Positions 7,401 through 16,351 of a stretch of 64,000 nucleotides of DNA are shown piece by piece. Location: positions 87,008 through 151,007 of the forward strand of contig JALNYL010000001.1 of NCBI GenBank assembly GCA_023229865.1, given 5' to 3'. This DNA comes from Minisyncoccota bacterium. GTDB lineage: Bacteria > Patescibacteriota > Minisyncoccia > Phycocordibacterales > UBA1550. The first letter of the stretch is position 1, and each line of letters opens with the position of its first letter. The notes under the pieces were generated by a model. The model was not told the DNA's origin, ran no database searches, and saw nothing but the letters and a program-made list of their open reading frames with translations. The position numbers were made by a program, and so were the translations under genes.

Positions 7401-9588
7401 TCAATCACAAATTGTTATGGACATCTATCCGAGAGTTGGAGAATCTTGGATGATTGGTATGCGCCAGTGTTCTTATGAGCGCGTATGGACAGAAGAAGAA
7501 AAGAGACTTTTCCAAGAAATTGGGCACAGAGTTTCGGACGCACTCACTAGTCTTCTTATTTCTCGCGACTTGAAAAAAAGTGAAGAAAAATACCGCAGAA
7601 TCATTGAGACCTCAAACGAGGGTATCGCAATCCTCGACAAAGACCGCAAACTTACTTTTGTAAATACGCGATTTGCAAAGCTCCTTGGATACGAAGAGAG
7701 GGAGATGCTCGGAGAAAAATTTGATGCTTTTCTTGCCCCTTCTGACCTCGCCGATCACGAACTTCAAATGAAGGCACGCCGTGAAGGAAAGTCGAGTTTT
7801 TACGATCGACAATTTGTTCATAAAAACGGAAATATCATATGGTGTAGTGTATCAGCCACTCCTCTTTTTGATGACAAAGGAGAATTTAATGGCTCTTTCG
7901 GAATGTTTACCGACATCACCGAACGCAAGAAGGCTGAGGAAGGCCTCCAGGAACAAGAACAATATTCGCAATCCCTTCTTCGTTTCTCGCGCAAGGTTGA
8001 GCAGTCACAAATGTATGGCGAAGTACTAAAAGCGGCGCAGGAAGAAATTAAAACCGTCCTTGGATATAACAATGTGTGGGCATACCTTGTAGATGCCGAT
8101 AAAAAATATGCACATTCTATTGCAGCAGTGGGCTCTACGTCTGAAATGGTTATGTCGGAAGAGTTTTCAGCAACCCTTACTATCACAGGAGACCCCATGC
8201 TTGAAGCAATCGCCTCCGCAAAGGAGATCGTGATAGTCGCCGATGCAATGACAGACCCCAACGTGAACAGAGAGATTGTGGAGAAAATGAAGAACAGAAC
8301 AATCGTGAATGTGCCGATTATTCTCTTTGATCGCAATCTCGGGAGTGTTGGGATGGGGACCTTTGGCGACGAGGGGGTACGCGTCCCAACCCCTGACGAG
8401 GAAGATTTCTTGATTGCGATGGCAAGCCATATGGCTGTCGGTTTTGATCGTATTCGTCTCCTCGCAGAGAGAAAGAAGACTGAGGAAATACTACGCAGAA
8501 ATGAGGAGCAACTTGTAGAGGCGCAGCGCGTCGGGCACTTTGGAAGCTTCGAGTGGGACGCAAGAACTGATACTGCTATTTGGTCAAAGGAATTCTATCA
8601 TATCTACGGAGTTGATCCGTCACTCCCCGCTCCTCCTCTCCAAGACTATCTAAAACTATACACCCCAGAGAGCGCAGCTATTATGACGAAGGCCGTAGAA
8701 ACGATAGTAAAAACAGGAGAGGCATACAGCCTGGACCTAGAACAAGTGCGACCGGATGGCGCCAGAAGGTGGATACATCTTCAAGGAGAAGCGAAGTATG
8801 ACGAACAACATAATTTTATTGGGGTACGTGGGACGGCACAGGATATTACAAAAGCAAAAGAGGTAGAGCGAATGCGTGTCGACTTCCTGTCGCTTGCTTC
8901 ACACCAGCTCCGCACACCGCTTTCAGGCACCAAGTGGCTCATTGAAACACTTGAAAAAGAGCTTCCTGGACCACTTACGACAGGACAAAGAGAGTACCTC
9001 GAAGAAATCTACAAGATCAACGAGAGAATGACGCGCTTGGTTTCTGATATGCTCGTCGCGCTCCGCGTCGACAGTAGTGAATCGGTACTTGTCAAAAAAC
9101 CAATCTCTATACCACAGTTGTTTGATGACCTTATGCTGAGTGTAAAAGCGGCAGCGGCAAGCAGAAAGATCACCATCAGGAGTAGGACTTCGGAACATTC
9201 TCTCCCTCAAGTAGAGTCTGATATGAATTTCTTGAGCATTATTCTAGGGGCGCTCATGGCCAACGCCATCAACTACTCCCCAGAGGGCGCGGAAATTGTG
9301 TTTGACGTAAACGAAGAAGAAAATGGTGCAGTGCTCAGTGTGCAGGATTTTGGGATCGGAATTCCTCAAGAAGAACAAGCTCATATATTTGAGCGCTTCT
9401 TCCGTGCTGTTAACGCAAAAATGATACGCCCAGAAGGTACGGGGCTTGGATTATATATCGCCAAAATGATTGCTGAAAAATTGGGCGGCACAGTGACATT
9501 TACCTCAGAACCAGGGAAAGGTTCCACCTTCTCTCTTCATATCCCCAACCATAACGCCACGGTCAAAGCAGAGGCTCCCACACAATAA
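4414..9588 (+). CDS. Large sensor histidine kinase: amino-acid-binding (family 3 SBP-like) ectodomain, TM, about 5 PAS and 3 GAF domains, HisKA, HATPase
   Basis: SBP motifs (TEERRKIYDFS, INEGLQKIKADGTYQKI), repeated PAC ends (DITERKKAE), H-box ASHQLRTPL, NAINYS, DFGIGI, GTGLGL. Start placed at ATG 4414, downstream of the terminator and a TATAAT. Confidence 0.92.
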   Translation: MYTSTHKTKIKLFAIIFPVLFFVLLNVQTIHAQEVATSTEKTSVLFLGNKNLAPVISLNRETPNGVAIDIVRAVSQYISLPVDIQTADWAEAQKLVAEGGADALIQINPTEERRKIYDFSGPLLETHISVFTRTAQGVQNIESLHNLRVGVEAGGLPEQLLKEHPGVLNHSEITLVFIENFLDGFNLLKNDSLDAVVVDERVGKYILATNNIRGIKISGDPIYSSYSAIAVKKGNELLLNEINEGLQKIKADGTYQKILDSWSAQDVIFQTQEEATQEIYLITSVTLGGLLLVTIIWVIAIKIQIGKRRSLEKHEAEIQKELQRKDVNLHQSMETARDGVIVMGADGTVTFWNKAAEQIFGYTKEEAIGRDLHRLIASPEDQAVFKERFHKFLATGDGPIVNVVRELTAIRKNGEQFPVELSVSASKIDSGWIATGIVRDISERKKAENELKATTKNLNDAQRVARIGSWELDIKTNKLIWSNEIFEIFEIDQTKFGATYEAFLDAVHPEDKDAVSQAYTNSLKTKESYSIDHRLLMKDGRIKYVHEECTTHYASDGTPLRSVGTVQDITERKKAELDISKKSRALRMLSDTNNALIHADNEKELLDQVCEIMTKEGGYRLVWIGGIEHDQNMTIRPMAQVGFEDGYLESLNWSWGDTDRGQGPEGVAARTNAPIIVHNIATDPKTFLWHEDAKERGYQSLGVFPIADDKGAFAVMGIYAGEPTAFSEDEIEILKEMTDDLAFGITTLHERKEHELAEEKFTATFHASPDAMIIVRLSDNKILDVNEAFSQILGYAHDDVVGGSTNDFPVWVDSADRSTFEKTIAEKGTISGFETPMRKKDGGVIESLGSARTIDINGEKCILSTIHDITERNRTEKQRLANLKFIENTNKINQVIQKSTDFEQTMSSVLDAMLSIFGSDRAWLITPCDPWSLHYRVPMERSRPEYPGASVSGMDVPVDPDTTILFQKTRATDGPVVFNSETDPPLPPEITKHFQVQSQIVMDIYPRVGESWMIGMRQCSYERVWTEEEKRLFQEIGHRVSDALTSLLISRDLKKSEEKYRRIIETSNEGIAILDKDRKLTFVNTRFAKLLGYEEREMLGEKFDAFLAPSDLADHELQMKARREGKSSFYDRQFVHKNGNIIWCSVSATPLFDDKGEFNGSFGMFTDITERKKAEEGLQEQEQYSQSLLRFSRKVEQSQMYGEVLKAAQEEIKTVLGYNNVWAYLVDADKKYAHSIAAVGSTSEMVMSEEFSATLTITGDPMLEAIASAKEIVIVADAMTDPNVNREIVEKMKNRTIVNVPIILFDRNLGSVGMGTFGDEGVRVPTPDEEDFLIAMASHMAVGFDRIRLLAERKKTEEILRRNEEQLVEAQRVGHFGSFEWDARTDTAIWSKEFYHIYGVDPSLPAPPLQDYLKLYTPESAAIMTKAVETIVKTGEAYSLDLEQVRPDGARRWIHLQGEAKYDEQHNFIGVRGTAQDITKAKEVERMRVDFLSLASHQLRTPLSGTKWLIETLEKELPGPLTTGQREYLEEIYKINERMTRLVSDMLVALRVDSSESVLVKKPISIPQLFDDLMLSVKAAAASRKITIRSRTSEHSLPQVESDMNFLSIILGALMANAINYSPEGAEIVFDVNEEENGAVLSVQDFGIGIPQEEQAHIFERFFRAVNAKMIRPEGTGLGLYIAKMIAEKLGGTVTFTSEPGKGSTFSLHIPNHNATVKAEAPTQ

Positions 9589-9596
9589 TCCAAAAC

Positions 9597-11333
9597 ATGA
9601 AAACTTCATATCATAAACTAAAGAACTTTATAAACACACCATTCGGGGTTATCCTCCTTGTGGCGGCGGTTGTGTTTGGGGTTGAAGTTCTTGTTATGGA
9701 GTTTCTCTTTGTCTTTGTCCCCGTGATTCAAGCGAGTGTCCCCCCTATCGCTTTCAACTTTCTCGACGCGGTGATTCTCACCCTCGCCGTCTCCCCTGCT
9801 CTCTATTTCTTGATTTACCAGAGAATCCACGCGGACGCAGAGAAGCTCCGCAAAATCACAGAATCTGCGCAGGATGCAATCATCGTGATGGATAATCACG
9901 GACGTGTGTCCTTCTGGAATGAGGCAGCTGAAACAATTTTTGGTTACACAAAAACCGAAGCAATCGGGAAAGAACTTCATAAACTCATCGCACCCGAAAA
10001 ATCACTCAATGCATTCAATCATAACTTCAAAGGCTTCCAAGAGACTGGTGAGGGCCCAATACTTGAATCAGTGCGTGAGGTTATGGCGCTTCGCAAGGGT
10101 GGCGAGGAATTCCCCGCCGAGCTCGCCGTTTCTGCTCTCCCTATCAATGGAACCTGGCACTCAGTGGGAATTGTGCGCGATATAACAGCACGAAAGAAGC
10201 GAGAGAATCTTCTTCGTGAACGCGAGCGAGAACTCACAGAGGTCAATGAATATCTCCGAAACAAAGAAGCCAAGGAGCAAGCTCTTCTTGCAAGCCTTGG
10301 CGAAGGGATGATTTCAACAGAGATCGGGGGAGAAATAATCACGATAAACCGTGTTGCGGAGGAGATGCTTGGATGGAAAGAAGCAGAGCTTGTGGGGAAA
10401 AAACTTATTGAGGCAATCCCCGCAATATCAGAAACAGGAAACATTATTCCTCCAGAAAATAGAGTCTGTCTCAATGTGACCGCAGGTGCGTGTGTTGGCC
10501 CCCTCACTGACGATACGAGTGCATTTGTAAAAAAGAATGGAGAGTCTGTCCCTGTCGCCATCACCACGACGCCGGTCATTATTGGCGGAAAGTGTAGCGG
10601 CGCTGTTATCATTTTCCGTGATATCACCAACGAGAAAGAGCTCGAGAAAACACGCCGTGACCTCCTCTCTCTCGCCTCTCACCAGCTTCGCACTCCACTC
10701 TCGGGCACCAAGTGGCTTATCGAGACATTGCAGCGCGAAATTCACGGTACCCTTACAGAAAAACAAGGAGAATACTTAACTCAGATTTATAAGATTAATG
10801 AACGAATGACAAACCTTGTTCACGATATGCTCGGCGTGCTTCGTATGGAGGGCGATATCAACCCAGCAAAGATAGAGCCAGTTTCCATACAAACACTCTT
10901 TGGGGTCATCACAGAGACACTTGGGAACGTAGCAAAAGAGAAAAATATTACTCTTGAAATTTCCAAGACCGCAGAGTCTTCGATCGACACCGATTCGCTC
11001 CTCTTGCGCAATATTCTTGAATGCCTCATATCTAACGCAATCAATTACTCAAACGAAGGGGGGGCTGTTTTGGTAGAGACAAAACGAGACGGTGCGGATA
11101 TTGTTTTTTCAGTAAAAGATTCTGGGATTGGTATCCCTGCTGATGAACAGCGACAAATCTTCCAGAGATTTTATCGCGCAACGAACGCAAAAACATTCGA
11201 CACCAAAGGGACGGGGCTCGGGCTCTATATTGCCGCGACGCTCGCAAAGAAAATCGGGGCTAAACTCACCTTTGAATCTGCGGAGGACGCGGGGACTACA
11301 TTCTTCCTACGTCTCCCCGCTTCTGCAAAATAG
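9597..11333 (+). CDS. Membrane sensor histidine kinase with two PAS domains
   Basis: Two N-terminal TM segments, two PAS domains, ASHQLRTPL, NAINYS, DSGIGI, GTGLGL. Confidence 0.92.
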   Translation: MKTSYHKLKNFINTPFGVILLVAAVVFGVEVLVMEFLFVFVPVIQASVPPIAFNFLDAVILTLAVSPALYFLIYQRIHADAEKLRKITESAQDAIIVMDNHGRVSFWNEAAETIFGYTKTEAIGKELHKLIAPEKSLNAFNHNFKGFQETGEGPILESVREVMALRKGGEEFPAELAVSALPINGTWHSVGIVRDITARKKRENLLRERERELTEVNEYLRNKEAKEQALLASLGEGMISTEIGGEIITINRVAEEMLGWKEAELVGKKLIEAIPAISETGNIIPPENRVCLNVTAGACVGPLTDDTSAFVKKNGESVPVAITTTPVIIGGKCSGAVIIFRDITNEKELEKTRRDLLSLASHQLRTPLSGTKWLIETLQREIHGTLTEKQGEYLTQIYKINERMTNLVHDMLGVLRMEGDINPAKIEPVSIQTLFGVITETLGNVAKEKNITLEISKTAESSIDTDSLLLRNILECLISNAINYSNEGGAVLVETKRDGADIVFSVKDSGIGIPADEQRQIFQRFYRATNAKTFDTKGTGLGLYIAATLAKKIGAKLTFESAEDAGTTFFLRLPASAK

Positions 11334-11336
11334 GTA

Positions 11337-11364
11337 TTGCCAGAAAAATACGCTCCTGTATAAT
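11337..11364 (+). promoter_or_regulatory. Promoter for the response regulator (near-leaderless)
   Basis: TTGCCA-16 nt-TATAAT, ending 8 nt before the ATG. Confidence 0.6.
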
Positions 11365-11372
11365 GAATCTAT

Positions 11373-11765
11373 ATGAACCATGTATTAATTGTAGAAGATG
11401 AAGATTTCCTCGTTCGCGCACTCAAGGATAACCTCGTTTCTGAGGGGCACAGCGTCGCGGTCGCTATGGATGGCGAAGCAGTATTTGATGAGCTTAAAAA
11501 GAAGAAGCCCAATCTTATTTTGCTCGACCTTCTCCTCCCTAAGAAAAATGGGTTTGATGTTTTGAAGGAGATTCGCCAGAGCCCTGAGTGGCAGCTCATC
11601 CCGGTAGTCATCCTCTCAAACCTTGGTGAAGACTCAGAAATAAAAAAAGCTCTTGAACTCGGCGCCAATGACTACTTCGTAAAGTCACAGCATCCTATTC
11701 AGGAAGTTATCGAAAAAGTTCGTGAGTATCTCGAAGGAAAGGGGTCAACAAAGGTAGGGCTGTAA
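11373..11765 (+). CDS. Single-domain response regulator (CheY-like receiver)
   Basis: VLIVEDE, LILLD (phospho-Asp), ILSN, FVK. No output domain. Confidence 0.93.
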   Translation: MNHVLIVEDEDFLVRALKDNLVSEGHSVAVAMDGEAVFDELKKKKPNLILLDLLLPKKNGFDVLKEIRQSPEWQLIPVVILSNLGEDSEIKKALELGANDYFVKSQHPIQEVIEKVREYLEGKGSTKVGL

Positions 11766-11772
11766 GGAGAAC

Positions 11773-11817
11773 AAGAAAGAGGACACGTCGACTTTGTCGA
11801 CGTGTCCTCTTTCTTTT
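11773..11817 (+). terminator. Intrinsic terminator with a 20-bp perfect stem
   Basis: AAGAAAGAGGACACGTCGAC-TTT-GTCGACGTGTCCTCTTTCTT. Confidence 0.75.
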
Positions 11818-11890
11818 GCCTTTTTTCCCTTGTGCATACAAGCAAATTCACGGTATATAGATTACTACATACCGTCGGCACTCGGACGTT

Positions 11891-11936
11891 GTGCAAGAGT
11901 AATCTCTTGCACGCGCTCCTCGTTTGACGGTATAAT
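11891..11936 (+). promoter_or_regulatory. Adhesin promoter with an operator-like palindrome
   Basis: GTGCAAGAG-TAAT-CTCTTGCAC overlaps a TTGCAC -35. TATAAT at 11931, 10 nt before the ATG. Confidence 0.55.
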
Positions 11937-11946
11937 CATCTTATAA

Positions 11947-14900
11947 ATGTCTGTGATTTTCTCAAAGCCTGTAAAAGTATTTTTTATCATAACACTCACA
12001 TTGTTTGCAGTTTTCTTTAGCCAGAATATTGCTCTCGCAGCCGTCGCTCACGACGTTGCGAGCGAGAGTCACGCAGGCACCACAGGCTCAACCAATCAAT
12101 CTTCTTTTTCTTGGACCCACACACCCTCAGGGACCCCGCGTGGCGTACTTGTATTCGTTCATACAGTTAACGACATTAAGAGAGTGACGGGCGTAACCTA
12201 CGGCGGAGTAACAATGACAGAAATAGCAGGCGGCGCAGCAGTAGATGCTAATGGCGAACAAGGCCGCATTGATACATTCTTTCTTGGTACAAGTATCCCC
12301 ACAGGAGCACAGACAATCGTTGTCAGTAGGACAAATAACGGCGATGAGATGTACGCTTCTGCTTCTACACAAACCGCACTTGCCAATACTGAAATCTACA
12401 CCGCAGGAATTGTCCTCCTCCAAGAAAGTGGATCATACACAGTTCAGTCTGTCACGGACGGGAGCACGGGGTCAAATAGTCTTCGCTATGCTTCAGGATA
12501 CTATGGAGGGAATAACGCACTTTCCGCAGGGACAGGAAGCACTGTGCTCAACAGTATCGACTACGGGAGCCAGACAAGCACAACAGCGCGAGAAACAACT
12601 GCTGGGCAAGGAGCACGTAACGTTGGTTTCACTTCAACATCAGATGACCGAGCAGGTGTTCATCTCGCCGTCCGTGAAATCCCCGCTGTCCCCACCGTCA
12701 CCACCCCTACCGCGACTTCCATCACAACATCAGGGGCAACACTCGGCGCCAATGTCACATCGCTTGGCATCCCCGCATCAATCTCTGCACGTGGTACATG
12801 TTGGGGTACATCACCAAGTCCTGTGACTAATTGCTCCGCTGAGGGCGGAACAACAACAGGAGTCTTCACTCACGCACGTACAGGAATGAACTCGAATACA
12901 CTCTACTACTACCGCGGGTATGCGACAAATAGTACAGGGACGGGTTACTCAGCTGACGGGACGTTCACAACACTTGCTATTACGGGATCAGTATCTGCTT
13001 CCCCTTCGACCTGCACCATTTCATCTGGCGCAAGTACATGTACCGTGCCGTTCACATGGAGCATCACCAATGCATCTTCTCCAAATCTCTATAATGCAAC
13101 CACGGCAACAACATACTCGACATCAGCATCAGGGACAGGAGTTTCGTTTGCTATTACCAATGGATCAAACACGGTGCAGGCACGCAACAGCAGTACAATA
13201 CTTGCGTCTACTTCGGTGACGGGTAGTTGTACTCTAGGGACTTCATGGAACGGGAGTATATGTGCAGCAACCCCCGCTGTCCCCACCGTCACCACTCCTA
13301 CCGCAACCTCCATTACTACATCGGGGGCAACACTTGGCGCAAACGTAACTTCCCTCGGTGTCCCTGCGTCAATCTCTGCACGTGGTACATGTTGGGGGAC
13401 ATCACCAAGTCCTACTACGAATTGTGTTGCGGAAGGTGGTACCACGACGGGAGTCTTTACCCACGCACGTACAGGAATGAGCCCTAGTACGCTGTATTAC
13501 TATCGTGGCTACGCAACAAATAGTACAGGAACTGGTTACTCGACTGACGGGACGTTTACCACTGCAGCTCCCCCTGCAAGCGGGACTGTTTCTGCTTCGC
13601 CAACTTCCTGTACTATCTCGTCAGGATCAAGCACCTGCAATATTCCGTTTACTTGGAGTATTTCAAATGCCACTTCTCCCAACCTTTACAATGCGACAAC
13701 CGCAAATCAATACTCAACATCAGCATCAGGAACAAACGTCTCTTTCCCTATAACCAACGGATCAAACACGGTACAAGCGCGTGACAGCAGTACGGTACTT
13801 GCATCTACTTCGGTGACGGGTAGCTGCACTCTAGGGACGTCATGGAACGGAAGTGTGTGTTCTCCAAACCCAGTCACAACGATCGCCGACGGAAGCAATC
13901 CTTCAAATACAACTCTCGCCCCTAGTGGAGCAGTGACAGATCTTGATGTCTTTACCCTCACCACAAGCACGGGGAGCGACACCGTAACCGCGCTCACGGT
14001 GACATTGGTCCCTACCGGTGCATTCAATAACATTGCTCAAGTCGATCTCACTGACAACAGCAATCTCGCACGCTGTACTGCAGTGACAAACCCAGGAAGC
14101 AACACAATTTCTTTTTCATCATGTAACTCAAACGGTGGTGTCACCGTCACAACAAGTGCGACAACGTACAAGGTACGCATCACACCAAAAACTCACGCCA
14201 ACATGCCCGCCCCCGCATCGGGAGCAAGCTATGCGACGACCGGCACCGTGACTTCATTTACAAGCACCAACACGCAAGCAGGGACAGACTCTGGTAGTGC
14301 GACGATAACCATCGACAACCTCTCCCCTGCTAATGTCACGAGCGCAAGCGGGAGCGCAGGAGACGCGCAAGTAACCACAAACTGGACAAATCCCGTTGAT
14401 GCGGATTTTCATAGTACAATCGTCCTCCGCCGCGCAGGGACGGCCGTATCTGATACCCCTACAGAAGGAGCAACGTACACAAATGGAAGCACGATTGGCG
14501 CATCAACCGTCGCCTGCGTAGTTTCTTCTCCGACGGCAACCTGTGTTGATGGTAGTCTTACCAATGGTACTGCCTATCATTACAAGCTTTTTAGTAAAGA
14601 TTCCAACGGCAACTATGCTTCAAGCGGAGCAGTACCAACAGGGTCACCATTTACTCCATCAATCACAACGTTTACCATCACCGCAAGCGCGGGGGCAAAT
14701 GGAACCGTAACACCATCAGGAGCAACCGTTGTCGCGCAAGGGAGCTCGCAGCTTTACAATATCACCCCCAACTCGGGATACAATATCGCAACGCTCGTTG
14801 TTGATGGATCTTCTATTGCAACATCGACCACGTACACGTTTAACAACGTTCAACAAAACCACACCATCAGTGCGACATTCGCTCTCATCCCTGTTATTAC

Positions 14901-16350
14901 CTACACCATCACTTCCTCCGCAGGGGCAAATGGTGCGATCTCTCCTTCTGGTGCGACCGTGGTAAACCAAGGAGCAAACCAGTCATACGACCTTACCCCC
15001 GACTCGGGATACAACGTCGACACCCTTACGGTAGACGGTAGCCCTGCGGCAACCTCGACGCCATACACCTTTACCAACGTACAAGCCGATCACACTATCA
15101 GTGTCACCTTTATTGCTATCGTCGTTCCCCCGGGATCATTCATCATCAACGCTACCGCAGGCGCAGGCGGAACGATCAACCCCCTCGGCTCAACACTCGT
15201 GACGCAGGGGACAAATCAGTTATACACTATCACTCCTGATTCAGGATACAATATCGCGACACTTACCGTTGACTCTGTCTCAGTAGCGACATCAACAAGC
15301 TACACCTTTACTAACGTACAAACGACCCACACTATCGACGCTACGTTCGTCGCCATTCCTCCCCCACCAGGATCATTCAATATCACCGCAAGCACAGGAG
15401 CAAACGGATCGATAACCCCGTCAGGTATCACCGCAGTAACGCAAGGTGCTTCACAAGCCTACACGATTACTCCCGATTCGGGATACGATATCGCAACGCT
15501 CGTGATTGACGGCTCGTCGGTCGCGACATCAACAAGCTACACCTTTACCAACGTACAGGCAGCACATACCATCAGCGCGACATTCGTAGCGATTTCAGGG
15601 ACATCGTCGACTCCGGAGTCAGGAGCTTCTCGCCCAACGACTATTACTTTTTTTGGGAAAGCCTTCGCGGGAGGCAAAGTCTCCATCGCAAACAAACTCT
15701 TGAGCACACAAAGCCTCATAGGACAAGAAGTAACCCCGGGCACTGATGGCTCATTCCGCATTTCATTTGTGGGGATCCTTCAGGGACTTCAAAGTTTTGG
15801 ACTCATTGCAAAAGATAAAAATGGCCACACGTCGCAGACAAAGTTTTTCTTTTTTGACACAACATCAGAAGGATTTGTTGAAAAAGAATTATTGCTCCCC
15901 CCAACGATTGATATCCTTTCTGGGCAAGTAACTCGTGGAAAGAGTGCGACCGTAGTCGGTTTTGCGTCTCCCAACAATAGCGTTGCCCTCTATATAGATG
16001 ATATACTAATACAAGAGGTGCTCGCGGAAAAAGATGGCTCCTATACATTTGGAGCCATCACCGGAGCTCTTAGTTTTGGGCAACACAACGTCAAGGCAAA
16101 ACAAATAAACAAAACTTCAAAAACAGAAAGTGATTTTTCAACAACGCGAACATTCATCGTTTCGCAACTCACCATCACAAAAGCAGACTTCTCGGGGGAC
16201 GGCAAGATAGATATCAAAGACTGGAGCATCTTCCTCTCTCGTTGGATATCAAAAAACCCACTCGAGAGGGAGAGTATCGACATTACGGGGGACGGAAAAG
16301 TCGATATATCAGATTTCAGTATTTTCATTAAAACCATAAGAAAAAAATAA
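11947..16350 (+). CDS. Secreted Ser/Thr-rich repeat surface protein (adhesin-like) with C-terminal dockerin
   Basis: Signal peptide ending ALA, FN3/Ig-like repeats, four beta-grasp/InlB-B-like repeats, and duplicated Ca-binding dockerin loops DFSGDGKIDIKDW and DITGDGKVDISDF. Confidence 0.85.
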   Translation: MSVIFSKPVKVFFIITLTLFAVFFSQNIALAAVAHDVASESHAGTTGSTNQSSFSWTHTPSGTPRGVLVFVHTVNDIKRVTGVTYGGVTMTEIAGGAAVDANGEQGRIDTFFLGTSIPTGAQTIVVSRTNNGDEMYASASTQTALANTEIYTAGIVLLQESGSYTVQSVTDGSTGSNSLRYASGYYGGNNALSAGTGSTVLNSIDYGSQTSTTARETTAGQGARNVGFTSTSDDRAGVHLAVREIPAVPTVTTPTATSITTSGATLGANVTSLGIPASISARGTCWGTSPSPVTNCSAEGGTTTGVFTHARTGMNSNTLYYYRGYATNSTGTGYSADGTFTTLAITGSVSASPSTCTISSGASTCTVPFTWSITNASSPNLYNATTATTYSTSASGTGVSFAITNGSNTVQARNSSTILASTSVTGSCTLGTSWNGSICAATPAVPTVTTPTATSITTSGATLGANVTSLGVPASISARGTCWGTSPSPTTNCVAEGGTTTGVFTHARTGMSPSTLYYYRGYATNSTGTGYSTDGTFTTAAPPASGTVSASPTSCTISSGSSTCNIPFTWSISNATSPNLYNATTANQYSTSASGTNVSFPITNGSNTVQARDSSTVLASTSVTGSCTLGTSWNGSVCSPNPVTTIADGSNPSNTTLAPSGAVTDLDVFTLTTSTGSDTVTALTVTLVPTGAFNNIAQVDLTDNSNLARCTAVTNPGSNTISFSSCNSNGGVTVTTSATTYKVRITPKTHANMPAPASGASYATTGTVTSFTSTNTQAGTDSGSATITIDNLSPANVTSASGSAGDAQVTTNWTNPVDADFHSTIVLRRAGTAVSDTPTEGATYTNGSTIGASTVACVVSSPTATCVDGSLTNGTAYHYKLFSKDSNGNYASSGAVPTGSPFTPSITTFTITASAGANGTVTPSGATVVAQGSSQLYNITPNSGYNIATLVVDGSSIATSTTYTFNNVQQNHTISATFALIPVITYTITSSAGANGAISPSGATVVNQGANQSYDLTPDSGYNVDTLTVDGSPAATSTPYTFTNVQADHTISVTFIAIVVPPGSFIINATAGAGGTINPLGSTLVTQGTNQLYTITPDSGYNIATLTVDSVSVATSTSYTFTNVQTTHTIDATFVAIPPPPGSFNITASTGANGSITPSGITAVTQGASQAYTITPDSGYDIATLVIDGSSVATSTSYTFTNVQAAHTISATFVAISGTSSTPESGASRPTTITFFGKAFAGGKVSIANKLLSTQSLIGQEVTPGTDGSFRISFVGILQGLQSFGLIAKDKNGHTSQTKFFFFDTTSEGFVEKELLLPPTIDILSGQVTRGKSATVVGFASPNNSVALYIDDILIQEVLAEKDGSYTFGAITGALSFGQHNVKAKQINKTSKTESDFSTTRTFIVSQLTITKADFSGDGKIDIKDWSIFLSRWISKNPLERESIDITGDGKVDISDFSIFIKTIRKK
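12682..13860 (+). repeat. Intragenic tandem duplication, two units of about 591 nt (197 aa)
   Basis: PAVPTVTTPTATSITTSGATLGANVTSLG... starts at 12682 and again at 13273. Both units end in CTLGTSWNGSxC. Confidence 0.92.
14671..15591 (+). repeat. Four intragenic ~75-80 aa repeats
   Basis: Consensus (F/Y)xIxAxAGANGxIxPSG...TPDSGYxIATLxVDG...YTFTNVQxxHTISATF occurs four times. Confidence 0.9.
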
Positions 16351-16351
16351 C

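Noticed and set aside
12682-13860. Diversity-generating retroelement TR/VR pair
   Set aside because: Both copies are in frame in one gene, differences are mostly synonymous rather than adenine-specific, and no reverse transcriptase is present.
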